Source of the DNA: Harriotta raleighana
Lineage: Eukaryota
Length of the DNA: 64,000 bases
Assembly: GCA_050575255.1 (NCBI GenBank)
Contig: JBNZDD010013726.1
Location: 10,198,618 to 10,262,617 of the forward strand
Direction: 5' to 3'
The notes under the pieces were generated by a model. It was not told where the DNA came from. It searched no databases and saw only the letters and a program-made list of their open reading frames with translations. The position numbers and the translations under genes were made by a program. This document shows positions 51,701 to 59,533 of this stretch, piece by piece (position 1 is the first letter of the stretch; the number at the start of each line of letters is the position of its first letter).

Positions 51701-52543
51701 ATTAATAATAGACTAAATAATAACAGAATATTGTATTAGTACTTTATTATTCATACTTAACAATGGCAGCCCTCACCTGACGGAGGTAAAAAAAACGCGA
51801 CTTTTAAAAGGAGCAGTAGCGAGTTCAGAATCGACTAGCGGCCAGCTAAAATATCTGCACCAGTACTCGCGTGTGACAATCGATTCATTAAATGTGTCAA
51901 CACTATTCTGCCGGATAACTTCCGGTTCATCGAACCGGGACTTTTTTTTTAAAGGTTCCGGTTCAACTGGGTTTCCAGTTCATCGAGTCACGGATAAACG
52001 GGGTTTTACTGTATAACTAAAAAATTCCATGTTCTGTTTTAAATAAATGTTCCACATTTACCTGAAAGAGCGATCAATGATAGTGAATACATCGCCGTGC
52101 TTTAGACGCTCAGAATGAAGTATAACTTTACCATTCAAAGAAGTCAGATTCACGTCACTCAAGTTAGATAGAATAACCTGCAGAATTAATCAAAACAAAG
52201 TGAAGATTATCAAACAAGTTTTGTTTGCACCCATCCATTATTCTGTAAACAAAATCTTTATATCCAAAAAGTTACCTCGTTATTTTCATTTACTTCAAGC
52301 TTACAGTGTTCTTTAGAAACATGAGGCAGTTGGATGCGGATATCACATTCTTTTTTCCTAAAATAAAAGCACAAATGACTAACATGACACGCAAACTCTT
52401 AAATTAACTTGTAAGAGAAATTATTGCTTGAAAACAAATGGTGAATATTACCTGCCAAACAAGCAGGAAGCTGCTGTCAAAGGAAAATGGTACCCATCTG
52501 CTCCAGTACGCTTAATAACAATAACTTGACCATACTGCGGCAT
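33631..52543 (-). CDS. MKI67: Proliferation marker protein Ki-67, spliced CDS of 15 coding exons, ~2841 aa (needs +1 nt in exon 12)
   Basis: The N-terminal FHA domain (MPQYGQVIVIKRTGADGYHFPL...LKHGDVFTIIDRSFR), SPFSQLYE, PP1 motif KRVSFG..PEVFD..PPNSPLRKG, RRQSGASVANLL-VKKSWAQVVK and HFSTGHAASPATIVIGKA occur in Ki-67 order. All introns are GT-AG with compatible phases except across exon 12. Summed exon length is 8525 nt. Confidence 0.96.
34175..38122 (-). CDS. MKI67: MKI67 exon 15 (3948 nt, K/E-rich disordered region and R-rich C-terminal region)
   Basis: ORF 34149..38114 (1321 aa); acceptor ccttctag, donor AAAG|gtaagg. Confidence 0.92.
35335..37455 (-). repeat. Intra-exonic duplications in exon 15
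   Basis: Block A ~35335-35720 vs ~36806-37195 (TEFPVA.TRA.RGR...EKVTQDIQSD.NLPPKKK); block B ~36567-36773 vs ~37248-37454 (QQTEE.SQLVSPS...DLVPQTQR.LRGK). Confidence 0.9.
38836..38953 (-). CDS. MKI67: MKI67 exon 14 (short, not in the ORF track)
   Basis: ttttgttttattag|LTTIQDQDNNTKSPPFSNKECAQSSNQLETTHAFSKHDV-G|gtatgt; 118 nt; phase 0 to 1 exactly reconciles exons 13 and 15. Confidence 0.72.
39323..39690 (-). mobile_element. L2-type LINE 3' end
   Basis: Minus ORF WNSILKSLRLAPSLTSLKSRLKTLF, a typical L2 C-terminus, plus a tail shared with the SINE. Confidence 0.75.
40057..40769 (-). CDS. MKI67: MKI67 exon 13 (degenerate Ki-67 motifs)
   Basis: GELIISPL...GIKQIMKTPK...YIGVKEMFHT...YSGLDEMFST; donor AAG|gtaaaa; 713 nt. 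Confidence 0.88.
41140..41520 (-). mobile_element. L2-type LINE 3' end
   Basis: Same tail (acatttgtat...tttcatgtcgggaggacatcccaaggcgctggaca) and G-rich body as 39323-39690. Confidence 0.7.
41627..41784 (-). CDS. MKI67: MKI67 exon 12 (158 nt as assembled, apparent -1 frameshift near 41766)
   Basis: Starts GVAELF in one frame and continues TPMKKNLR...KTPEETG in another; both parts resemble Ki-67 motifs. Confidence 0.8.
41871..42273. mobile_element. Tc1/mariner MITE related to 51585-52011
   Basis: TA TSD; TIRs cagtaaaagctttgctatccggca / tgccagataaccaagcttttactg; shares the internal cataccatattaataatagactaaataataacagaatattgtat. Confidence 0.85.
42359..42533 (-). CDS. MKI67: MKI67 exon 11
   Basis: TPIRSMKDHFSTGHAASPATIVIGKA...MDQSFTG; 175 nt. 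Confidence 0.93.
43093..43220 (-). CDS. MKI67: MKI67 exon 10 (CD domain)
   Basis: VKKSWAQVVKEGVAK (compare human AKSWADVVKLG); 128 nt. Confidence 0.92.
43328..43686 (-). mobile_element. Full-length SINE, same family (MKI67 intron 9)
   Basis: atccttgcatttgg tail through gctctaaccactgag head. Confidence 0.8.
43786..45031 (-). CDS. MKI67: MKI67 exon 9 (contains the 12-aa tandem array)
   Basis: ORF 43742..45061; ends in the conserved RRQSGASVANLL; donor TTAG|gtggga; 1246 nt. Confidence 0.92.
44241..44876 (-). repeat. Coding 36-bp minisatellite, ~17.5 units (SPGRKSLAAKTP)
   Basis: Unit gacttcctgcccggggagggggtcttggcagccagt is directly visible; the translation has 17 RKS motifs at 12-aa spacing. 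Confidence 0.97.
45200..45560 (+). mobile_element. CR1-like LINE 3' fragment
   Basis: Decayed LRG/EVYK, GYRFRVAKGNFRMN and VINNWNS, typical of the CR1 RT C-terminus. Confidence 0.6.
45878..46131 (-). CDS. MKI67: MKI67 exon 8 (PP1-binding domain)
   Basis: KQKRVSFGVNLCPEVFDKCMPPNSPLRKGGTP, the RVxF PP1-docking motif of Ki-67/RepoMan; 254 nt. Confidence 0.94.
46320..46556. mobile_element. Palindromic Penelope-like element remnant with hammerhead core and 15-bp TSD
   Basis: Inverted arms centred near 46415; TSD tcaaataagttccat at 46305-46319 and 46557-46571; CTGACGA-stem-GAAAC on minus at 46380-46408. Confidence 0.75.
47081..48280 (-). CDS. MKI67: MKI67 exon 7
   Basis: 1200-nt open frame (ORF 47055..48296) with the conserved SPFSQLYEMYK motif; acceptor ctttag, donor CAAG|gtaaga. 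Confidence 0.92.
48596..49172. mobile_element. Tigger/pogo-type non-autonomous DNA transposon
   Basis: TA-flanked imperfect TIRs caggtgtccgccaatttac / gtaaatcgggggatacctg. Confidence 0.75.
49270..49790 (-). mobile_element. L2-type LINE fragment
   Basis: L2-like tail and decayed RT remnants (QGSILGPLS, CMSNDCQLYFS). Confidence 0.65.
49920..49998 (-). CDS. MKI67: MKI67 exon 6
   Basis: taacag|VLHVQQEGEHGVQPTKSCHSISGHIS|gttggt; 79 nt; phase 0 to 1 bridges exons 5 and 7. Confidence 0.8.
50227..50935. mobile_element. Possible hAT-type non-autonomous element
   Basis: Imperfect TIRs caggactggccaacc / ggttggaccacccta around an AT-rich interior; no clear 8-bp TSD. Confidence 0.35.
51181..51265 (-). 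CDS. MKI67: MKI67 exon 5
   Basis: ggtag|(R)FEYPLDSGHFVDTRIKRNSSSLKNETLQ|gtacta; 85 nt, phase 2 to 0. Confidence 0.9.
51585..52011. mobile_element. Tc1/mariner (pogo-like) MITE
   Basis: TA TSD; TIRs cagtaaaaccctgtttatccg / cggataaacggggttttactg. Confidence 0.85.
52062..52177 (-). CDS. MKI67: MKI67 exon 4 (FHA)
   Basis: ctgcag|VILSNLSDVNLTSLNGKVILHSERLKHGDVFTIIDRSFR|gtaaat; 116 nt. Confidence 0.95.
52276..52357 (-). CDS. MKI67: MKI67 exon 3 (FHA)
   Basis: tttag|...KKECDIRIQLPHVSKEHCKLEVNENNE|gtaact; 82 nt. Confidence 0.95.
52452..52543 (-). CDS. MKI67: MKI67 exon 2, coding part (ATG, start of FHA domain)
   Basis: ATG at 52543; MPQYGQVIVIKRTGADGYHFPLTAASCLFGR; 92 nt; donor CAG|gtaata; likely acceptor tttag at 52576. 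Confidence 0.95.
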
Positions 52544-53781
52544 GTTTTCTGAATATTTTCACAATGTTTTCTTACCTAAAATAAATCAAGTACAGGGTAT
52601 TTTCATATTAAAAGAAGTACAATGCAACATTTGTAACACTCTTAAAGGAATTTAAATACATTTATCCTAATCTGAATATAAAAATAGAATTTAGACACAC
52701 AACTTCTTAGATATTCTATTTTGGGAGCCAATTCAATTATTTCAGGTATTATCTTTGACTACAATTCTATAACATTCATATGATATGAACTGATGCTTTA
52801 TCTAAAACATCACTTCACTTCACAACAAAAATATATTTACCTCTTTTGAAAAAATGCTGGTTAAAAGATGCAACTTAAATTTACCCTTTTAAAAATACAC
52901 TGGTCTTCCTATGACTTTTTTCTCCTTCCGATGCTCGCCAAATCCAAGGTTGTTATTGGGCTACAACAGTCCAATTCTGTATGAAGAAACAAACATCTTT
53001 CCCATATATCTTAAGATAAAAAAAACTTTCTTGTACAAAACATCTACAAAAGCAATAAGTGCAGATGTAATGAATCTGAATACATATTGCAAGTTATAAA
53101 ATAAACACTGAATGGATAGTTAACTCAGATGTCTTGCAAATTAGTCCTTAGTTCTATATCACGGGAATCAGATTGAGAGATGGCTCACTCTCAGAGGTAA
53201 ATGATTAAAAAGTAAGGCTCAATCAAACAAAGTTCAACATAAAACATGAAAACATTCCCTCAGGTGATCTTTAAAGGTTCTGAACTCCAGAATAGCAAAT
53301 CCCTGACACTTAATAACAGTTCAAGCAATGATAGTTGGAAAATGCAGGTGGCAAATCCATTAGTAACAGTAACAAAGCACTCATCCTCACTATACAGTAA
53401 AAAGTCCAGCTTTATTTTGAAAATTTATAAACTTGGAATACTTTGGAGGGAGTAGAAATTAACTTGAAACACTGTATGGTAGGAACACAAGAGGAAGAAA
53501 TCGATTTTACCTTAAGTTAACTGAAATTGCTGAATACACTTCGATGAAAAAATTAAATAAAACTGTGGAATAGGTTACTGTCCCAGGTCATTACACTTTA
53601 CAGTAAAACTGTTTGAGAGGGTCCTCCCAATGTGAAAGACACTTTATCAAATGTAACGATTGTTGGGATTATTACTAATTCCTCCTATCCAACCTATCTG
53701 TGTAGACTTAAAACACTACAATTCTTAGCTGAAGAGATTCTTCCTGGAGCACTGACATTTGCACCCAACTAGAAACAAGAT

Positions 53782-54035
53782 ACAATCACAGAAGTGGCTG
53801 GGGAAACTCAGCAGGTCGGGCAGCATCCATGGAGAAAGGAAAGTGAGTCAACGTTTCGGGTCCACGACCCTTCGTCAGAACTGGGGAGTGTTTGACGAAG
53901 GGTCGTGGACCCGGAAACTTTGACTCGCTTCCCTCTCTCCATGGATGCTGCCTGACCTGCTGCGTTCCCTCACCACCAGCAACTTCTGTGTTTGTTTCAG
54001 GTTCCCAGCATCTGTACTATTTTGTGATTTGTTTC
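53782..54035. mobile_element. Second palindromic Penelope-like element with hammerhead core
   Basis: Same family as 46320-46556; identical core at 53850-53878. Confidence 0.72.
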
Positions 54036-54219
54036 AGAAACTAATGTCTCTGTTGACATTAGTTGGCGGAAACCTTCAGAAAGCCCAGGCACTTGCTGAA
54101 AGTCAACGGGCTGTGCATTTTCCCCCAATTTAAAAGAGAGATATAAACACTGAAGTGTCAGCAGGCATTCCCTGTGCATCTTGCCCACTAGAAAATGCAC
54201 TTAATAAGTTTGTATCTTA

Positions 54220-54395
54220 AATAATAATCCTTGCATTTGACATAGCGCTTTTCACATCTTATCGACGTCCCAAAGCGCTTCACAGAATATACTGTAAAGT
54301 GAATTGACTGCATATTTGTGGGCGGAACGCGGCAGCCAATTGCGCACAGCAGCGTCTCACACACACACAGTCGTGGATTGAAATGACCAATTTTA
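54220..54395 (-). mobile_element. SINE 3' half. Similar fragments at ~4725-4813, 15735-15875, 31965-32065, 32455-32545, 33780-33945, 48380-48450, 57180-57510 and 59812-59965
   Basis: Recurrent motif atccttgcatttga...aagcgcttcacagaatatactgtaaagtgaattgactg. Confidence 0.8.
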
Positions 54396-55465
54396 TCCAT
54401 GTGGTTTTGCTATCTTGTTCTTCCAACTCGAGTTCATCATCGAAACCCCCTGGGGGGGTGGGGACATGTCAAACGTGAACGGTATGATTATAAAACAGAA
54501 ATCGTTCTTAACAAACGTCGAACGTCAATTAAAAATCAATTTCAAAAAAGGAAACCAAATTAAATTAAACAATTAAAAACAAATCGGATTTACTCAAGAG
54601 CCAAAAGGGACAGACAGACAAGACAGATAGACAGACAGAGACGGACAGACAGTTCAGAGCAAGTCAAAGACAACTCATGACAGGAAAGTGGACTTACTGC
54701 ATGTGCAAAATATGCAGGTTTTCTGAAATCGCCCAAATCCTTTAAAAAACAGTTCAATTTCATGCTCTTCCCCCCACCAAGAAAAATCCTCCACCCCAAT
54801 CTCCTCTCCCTCCACCCCCCACCCCAAAAAAAAACCTAAGAAAAACCGTGAAAAAGATCAAAACGTACTTATTTTTTAAAAATATAATTAAAATAAATAC
54901 GATAAAACACCACTAAAATTCAATCGACTTCTGAGGCTCCCCACCCCCACCGTTTCCCCCCCCTCGAAAAAAAACCCACGCGGTTTTTAAAAAAAAATAA
55001 GGCATTTCCAAAAGAAAGAAAATAGGTTTTTTTTAATNCCCCACCCCCACCGTTTCCCCCCCCTCGAAAAAAAACCCACGCGGTTTTTAAAAAAAAAAGG
55101 CATTTCCAAAAGAAAGAAAATAGGTTTTTTTTAATTAAAATTTTTAATATATATATATATTTTTATAAAATTATTGGGGGAAAAAAAATGCCTCAGCCAC
55201 ACACACAAAAAAAAAGTATAAGAAAAAGACGAAAAGGCGGAAAACTCGCAGCAAAGAATTGGCGGGATATTTCAGTCTCTCTCTCTCTCTCTTCCCCCCC
55301 TTAATATAATATATTATTATTATTATTATTTCATGCCAACCACCCCCCCGGTAGCTTTTCGTTTTGATATATATTTTTCTAAAAATAGAGATATGTATAT
55401 ATACATGTGTGTATATATATACACACTCTAAAATAAAATAAAAATGAATAAGAAGAATCTCTTAC

Positions 55466-55515
55466 CTCACAAACATCTTCTATAAACTTGGTCCCGCTGT
55501 ATTGGGGGTTGGGCN

Positions 55516-55550
<35 letters not shown>

Positions 55551-55560
55551 CGGAGTGAGG
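55466..55560 (-). other. MKI67: Probable non-coding first exon of MKI67
   Basis: Strong donor GAG|gtaaga at 55466/55465, just downstream of the CHR/CCAAT promoter; the 5' end is uncertain (n and poly-G run). Confidence 0.6.
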
Positions 55561-55870
55561 AACCGTTGGAATTCAAATGGAAGAGACCTGGCGCGCGGCG
55601 CGACTGACCCAATCAGTCAGTCGCTCACTCGTGCGCAGGCGCGCGGCGCGGAGCCCCCAATCAGTCAGTCAGTCCAGTCGCACATGGGTCGGTCAGTCAG
55701 TCAGCCAGTCGCTCGTGCGCAGGCGCAGAGACCCCTCCCCCCCCCAATCAGTCACACACTGGTTGGTCGGTCGGTCAGTCAATCGGTCGGTCGGTCGGTC
55801 GTGCGCAGGCGCGCCCCGCCCCGCCCGCCCATCCGGGGAGCAACCCGTCAAAGCTCGCGCGCCTTTCAAC
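55555..55870 (-). promoter_or_regulatory. Proximal CpG-rich cell-cycle promoter
   Basis: CHR TTTGAA (55572-55577, minus); Myb-type AACGGTT (55561-55567); CCAAT at 55609, 55657 and 55744; NRF1-like TGCGCAGGCGC at 55632, 55716 and 55802; GC boxes. Confidence 0.8.
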
Positions 55871-56679
55871 TTCACCGGGTGATAGATGCCGGGAATCTGA
55901 AACAAACAACAGGAGCCCTTACTAGGGGCGGCGGCGGCGGGGGGAGAGAGAAACTCAGCGTGTCAGGCAGCATCCGTGGAGGGAGGGAGGGAGGGAGGGA
56001 AGGAGGTAGGAAGCCAGTGAGGGCAAGGAAGGTGGTGGGGAGCCATTGAGGGAAGGGAGGGAGGGAGGGAAGCCAGTGAGTGTGGGGGGGGGGGGAGATG
56101 GAGTCAGTCAGTCAGTGAGTGAGTGAATGAGACAGTCGTCCATCCGCGTACCTCAACACACTGCATCCCTCAACAAACCTCATTTTTTTAANGGGGGAGA
56201 GAGAAACTCAGCGTGTCAGGCAGCATCCGTGGAGGGAGGGAGAGAGGGAGGGAGGGGGTCAGTGAGGGAGGGAGGGAAGGAGGTAGGAAGCCAGTGAGGG
56301 CAAGGAAGGTGGTGGGGAGCCATTGAGGGAAGGGAGGGAGGGAAGGAGGTAGGAAGCCAGTGAGGGCAAGGAAGGTGGTGGGGAGCCATTGAGGGAAGGG
56401 AGGGAGGGAGGGAAGCCAGTGAGTGTGGGGGGGGGGGGAGATGGAGTCAGTCAGTCAGTGAGTGAGTGAATGAGACAGTCGTCCATCCGCGTACCTCAAC
56501 ACACTGCATCCCTCAACAAACCTCATTTTTTTAAAAATTCATCTATTTATTTAAAGGATTATTATTATTAGATAGTTTTTTTTTTAAAAAAACAACTCCC
56601 TGTCAAATAAAACGTTGCGAGAGAGAGAGAGAGAAAAAGATTCCGGTGTGTGTGTGTGGGTGGGGGGGGGGGTGTGGGG

Positions 56680-56810
56680 GGCCGCGCGCCAATCGGCGGC
56701 GCGTTCGAATGAAAACCGTTCCATTTCAAATGTTCAAACGGGTTTTTTCGCGCCCTTGGAAGCCGGGATCCCGATTGGCTGCGATCCGGTGGTGACGTCG
56801 GTGACGAGAT
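56680..56810. promoter_or_regulatory. Distal cell-cycle promoter cluster
   Basis: CCAAT 56689; GGCGCG-TTCGAA; AACCGTT 56714; TTCAAA twice (56725, 56733); E2F-like TTTTTCGCGCC 56744; ATTGG 56774; CRE-like TGACGTC 56793. An NRF1 TGCGCATGCGC lies at 56993 beyond the gap. Confidence 0.75.
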
Positions 56811-56890
56811 NNNNNNNNNNNNNNNNNNNNNNNNNNNNNNNNNNNNNNNNNNNNNNNNNNNNNNNNNNNNNNNNNNNNNNNNNNNNNNNN

Positions 56891-56987
<97 letters not shown>

Positions 56988-58514
56988 GCTGGTGCGCATG
57001 CGCGAGCCGACCGACCGGTTGGTGGGGTGGGTGCTTGTCCGTCAGGCGTGTTGGGAGGAGTCAGGAGATGACACGTGTCATCGCATTATAATAATAATAA
57101 TANNNNNNNNNNNNNNNNNNNNNNNNNNNNNNNNNNNNNNNNNNNNNNNNNNNNNNNNNNNNNNNNNNNNNNNNNNNNNNNATACTGTAAAGTGAATTGA
57201 CTGTATATTTGTGGGCGGAACGCGGCAGCCAATTGCACACAGCAGTGTCCCAATAATCATGACAATGATAAAAATAAAACATTGACCCATTAGGATCATC
57301 GCCCCCTTAAATGTACAGTCAATCAATTCACTTCTACAGTGTGTGTATATCGAATGCATCAGAGGCGCTGCGTCAAAACGCAAGGATCGTTATCGTCATC
57401 ACATCTTCCGGACGTCTCGAAAGCGCTTCACGGAATGCGTCGAGAAGTGAATCGACTGGATGTTTCTGGGCGAAACGCCGTGGCCAATTGCGCACAGCAG
57501 CGTCCACCCACAACGCAGGATGTCCTCCTGTAATTTTGTGGTGGTTATTATTATCAACGTGCAGGTCGCAGGATTTTCAACAGACCTGCCCAGCTCTTTT
57601 GTTCCAAACCAACAGTGTCGACTGCTCGGAAGCGTTTGTTTAACTGCGTGATAATTACAGTATAGTTATAATCTTTTGCAATTTGGTGTAGCTCCACAGG
57701 ATTCAGTGTTTTTTTTTTGTTTGATGACCAAAAAGAAAATCAAAATAATGATGATGATGATGATATTAATAATAAGAATAATCCTTGCATTTTTTAAAAT
57801 ACAAAATAGGTATTAGGGACAGGGATTCTTCACCCTCGGCTCCCGTTAACTCTGAAGCCAAAACGCTAACGGGTAGGGAAGTTCAAGCTGGACAAGCGAC
57901 AGGAAAGCTTGCCAGGGCATTGCTCTCAATGGAAAGTTACGTGGTTTCACCTGGTTAAAGACTCCAGCGGTATCTGCACGCCCGCTCTCGAGCTCAAGCC
58001 TTGGCAGAAGCCAGCGCCTAAGACTCGTGTGCATCAAAAGAGTAATTTTGATTTTGTTGTTTAAATCTCTCAGTGCTAACTTATTCAGGAAGCACACCAG
58101 GTGGCAGCAGCCGAATGTGTTGAAGGTACAGAAACCTCGGTTTATAATGTTTACCACTGCGGTAGCATAAGTGTTTGTACTCGCCATCATATTTCAGCAT
58201 TGAGCAAAATAATCTTTTGTCTTATCTTCAGCTCATTGTTTGCCTCCGAGGGTGTTTGAATGATACTAACAGAAGCTGGGAAATGGTTCAAGATTATTAC
58301 CAATTAGGCAGAAGGGAAGCAACTAAAAGGAGATCAAACATTTAATCTTTCCATTGTCGAATAAAGTCTCTTGTTTAAAACCCGAGCCATGGAAAGGAAC
58401 AAAATTGAACTAAAGCAGACATTGACTTCATAACAAGGCATTTTCTTTTCCTTATTTGTCTGCAGCACCTAACAGAAATCACATGTATAAAAAATGCTAT
58501 GGGGAGTGAGCAGG

Positions 58515-58895
58515 ATTAGATTAATAAATCCTTACTATTTATATCGCGCTTTTCACATCTTATCGACGTCTCAAAGCGCTTCACAATACCACAACGTCCT
58601 AAAATAGACACCAGAGTGGGGGGGGGGGGNAAGGGTGGGGAGGGGTCGGGGTAGGGAGAAAAAAAGAGGGAAGAAAGGGGGGGAAAAGAGGCAGGGACCA
58701 GAACAGGGGGAGGGGTCGTAGTGGGAAGGAGAGTAGGAAAATTGACTATATTTGTGGGCAAAACGCGGCAGCCAAATTGCGCACAGCAGTATCCCACAAA
58801 AGGTAGCGGAAGTGGGGCCAGGGGAGGAAAGAGGGGCAGGGTTGGGGTAGGGGGAAGGAGAACAAGTAAACCTACTCTATATTTGTGGGCGAATA
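58515..58895 (-). mobile_element. SINE variant with G-rich inserts
   Basis: SINE tail and core interrupted by polypurine tracts. Confidence 0.7.
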
Positions 58896-59138
58896 TAAAT
58901 GGTTTATATGGAGGAAATGAATATTGCCATCATGACATGGCCATTGTTCGTGCTGTAGTCTTTGTTTTAATGAAATGGCATTTCACATAATCTGCCCTTC
59001 AAGTAATTATGGCGAAAGTGAAACCAATTTCCAGCCCATTTTCAGGAGGCAGTGCACTCTTTTGAAGATATTGGAGGGTGGGGGGTCATTGTTTGGCAGT
59101 GAAGAGTTCGGAATGAAAGTACTGAAAAGCGCTGCTCC

Positions 59139-59533
59139 AGAATTTTCGACGTGAAGCTAAAAACCGAAACGTATTTGTAAACCAGGACCGTTCGTTCGTT
59201 CGATCACACAATTTTAAAACGCGTCCATTTCCTATGCAATTGTAAAAAGCTGTGTTTCGCTGTCACCGTCCCAGGGTATAAAAGTGCCAAAGAAAGTTTG
59301 GTGAACTGCAATACAGCTCAGAGGTTACAACTACAAGAATTTTCGACGTGAAGCTAAAAACCGAAACGTATTTGTAAACCAGGACCGTTCGTTCGTTCGA
59401 TCACACAATTTTAAAACGCGTCCATTTCCTATGCAATTGTAAAAAGCTGTGTTTCGCTGTCACCGTCCCAGGGTATAAAAGTGCCAAAGAAAGTTTGGTG
59501 AACTGCAATACAGCTCAGAGGTTACAACTACAA
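59139..59533. repeat. Perfect tandem duplication, 2 x 197 bp
   Basis: agaattttcgacgtg...ggttacaactacaa begins at 59139 and again at 59336. Confidence 0.92.

Noticed and set aside
54938-55136. ~100-bp tandem duplication
   Set aside because: Flanks a single n at 55038; assembly overlap
55938-56533. Duplicated G/A-rich block with a variable ~54-bp unit between the two promoter clusters
   Set aside because: The copies meet at n 56192, so these are probably two alleles of a VNTR placed in tandem. The true promoter spacing may be shorter.
56811-57181. Poly-G run and poly-Pro/poly-Gly ORFs
   Set aside because: Adjacent to N gaps; low-complexity and probably a sequencing artefact
57846-58190. 114-aa minus ORF, or a possible divergent gene exon
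   Set aside because: No recognisable domain in the frames examined and no convincing splice sites
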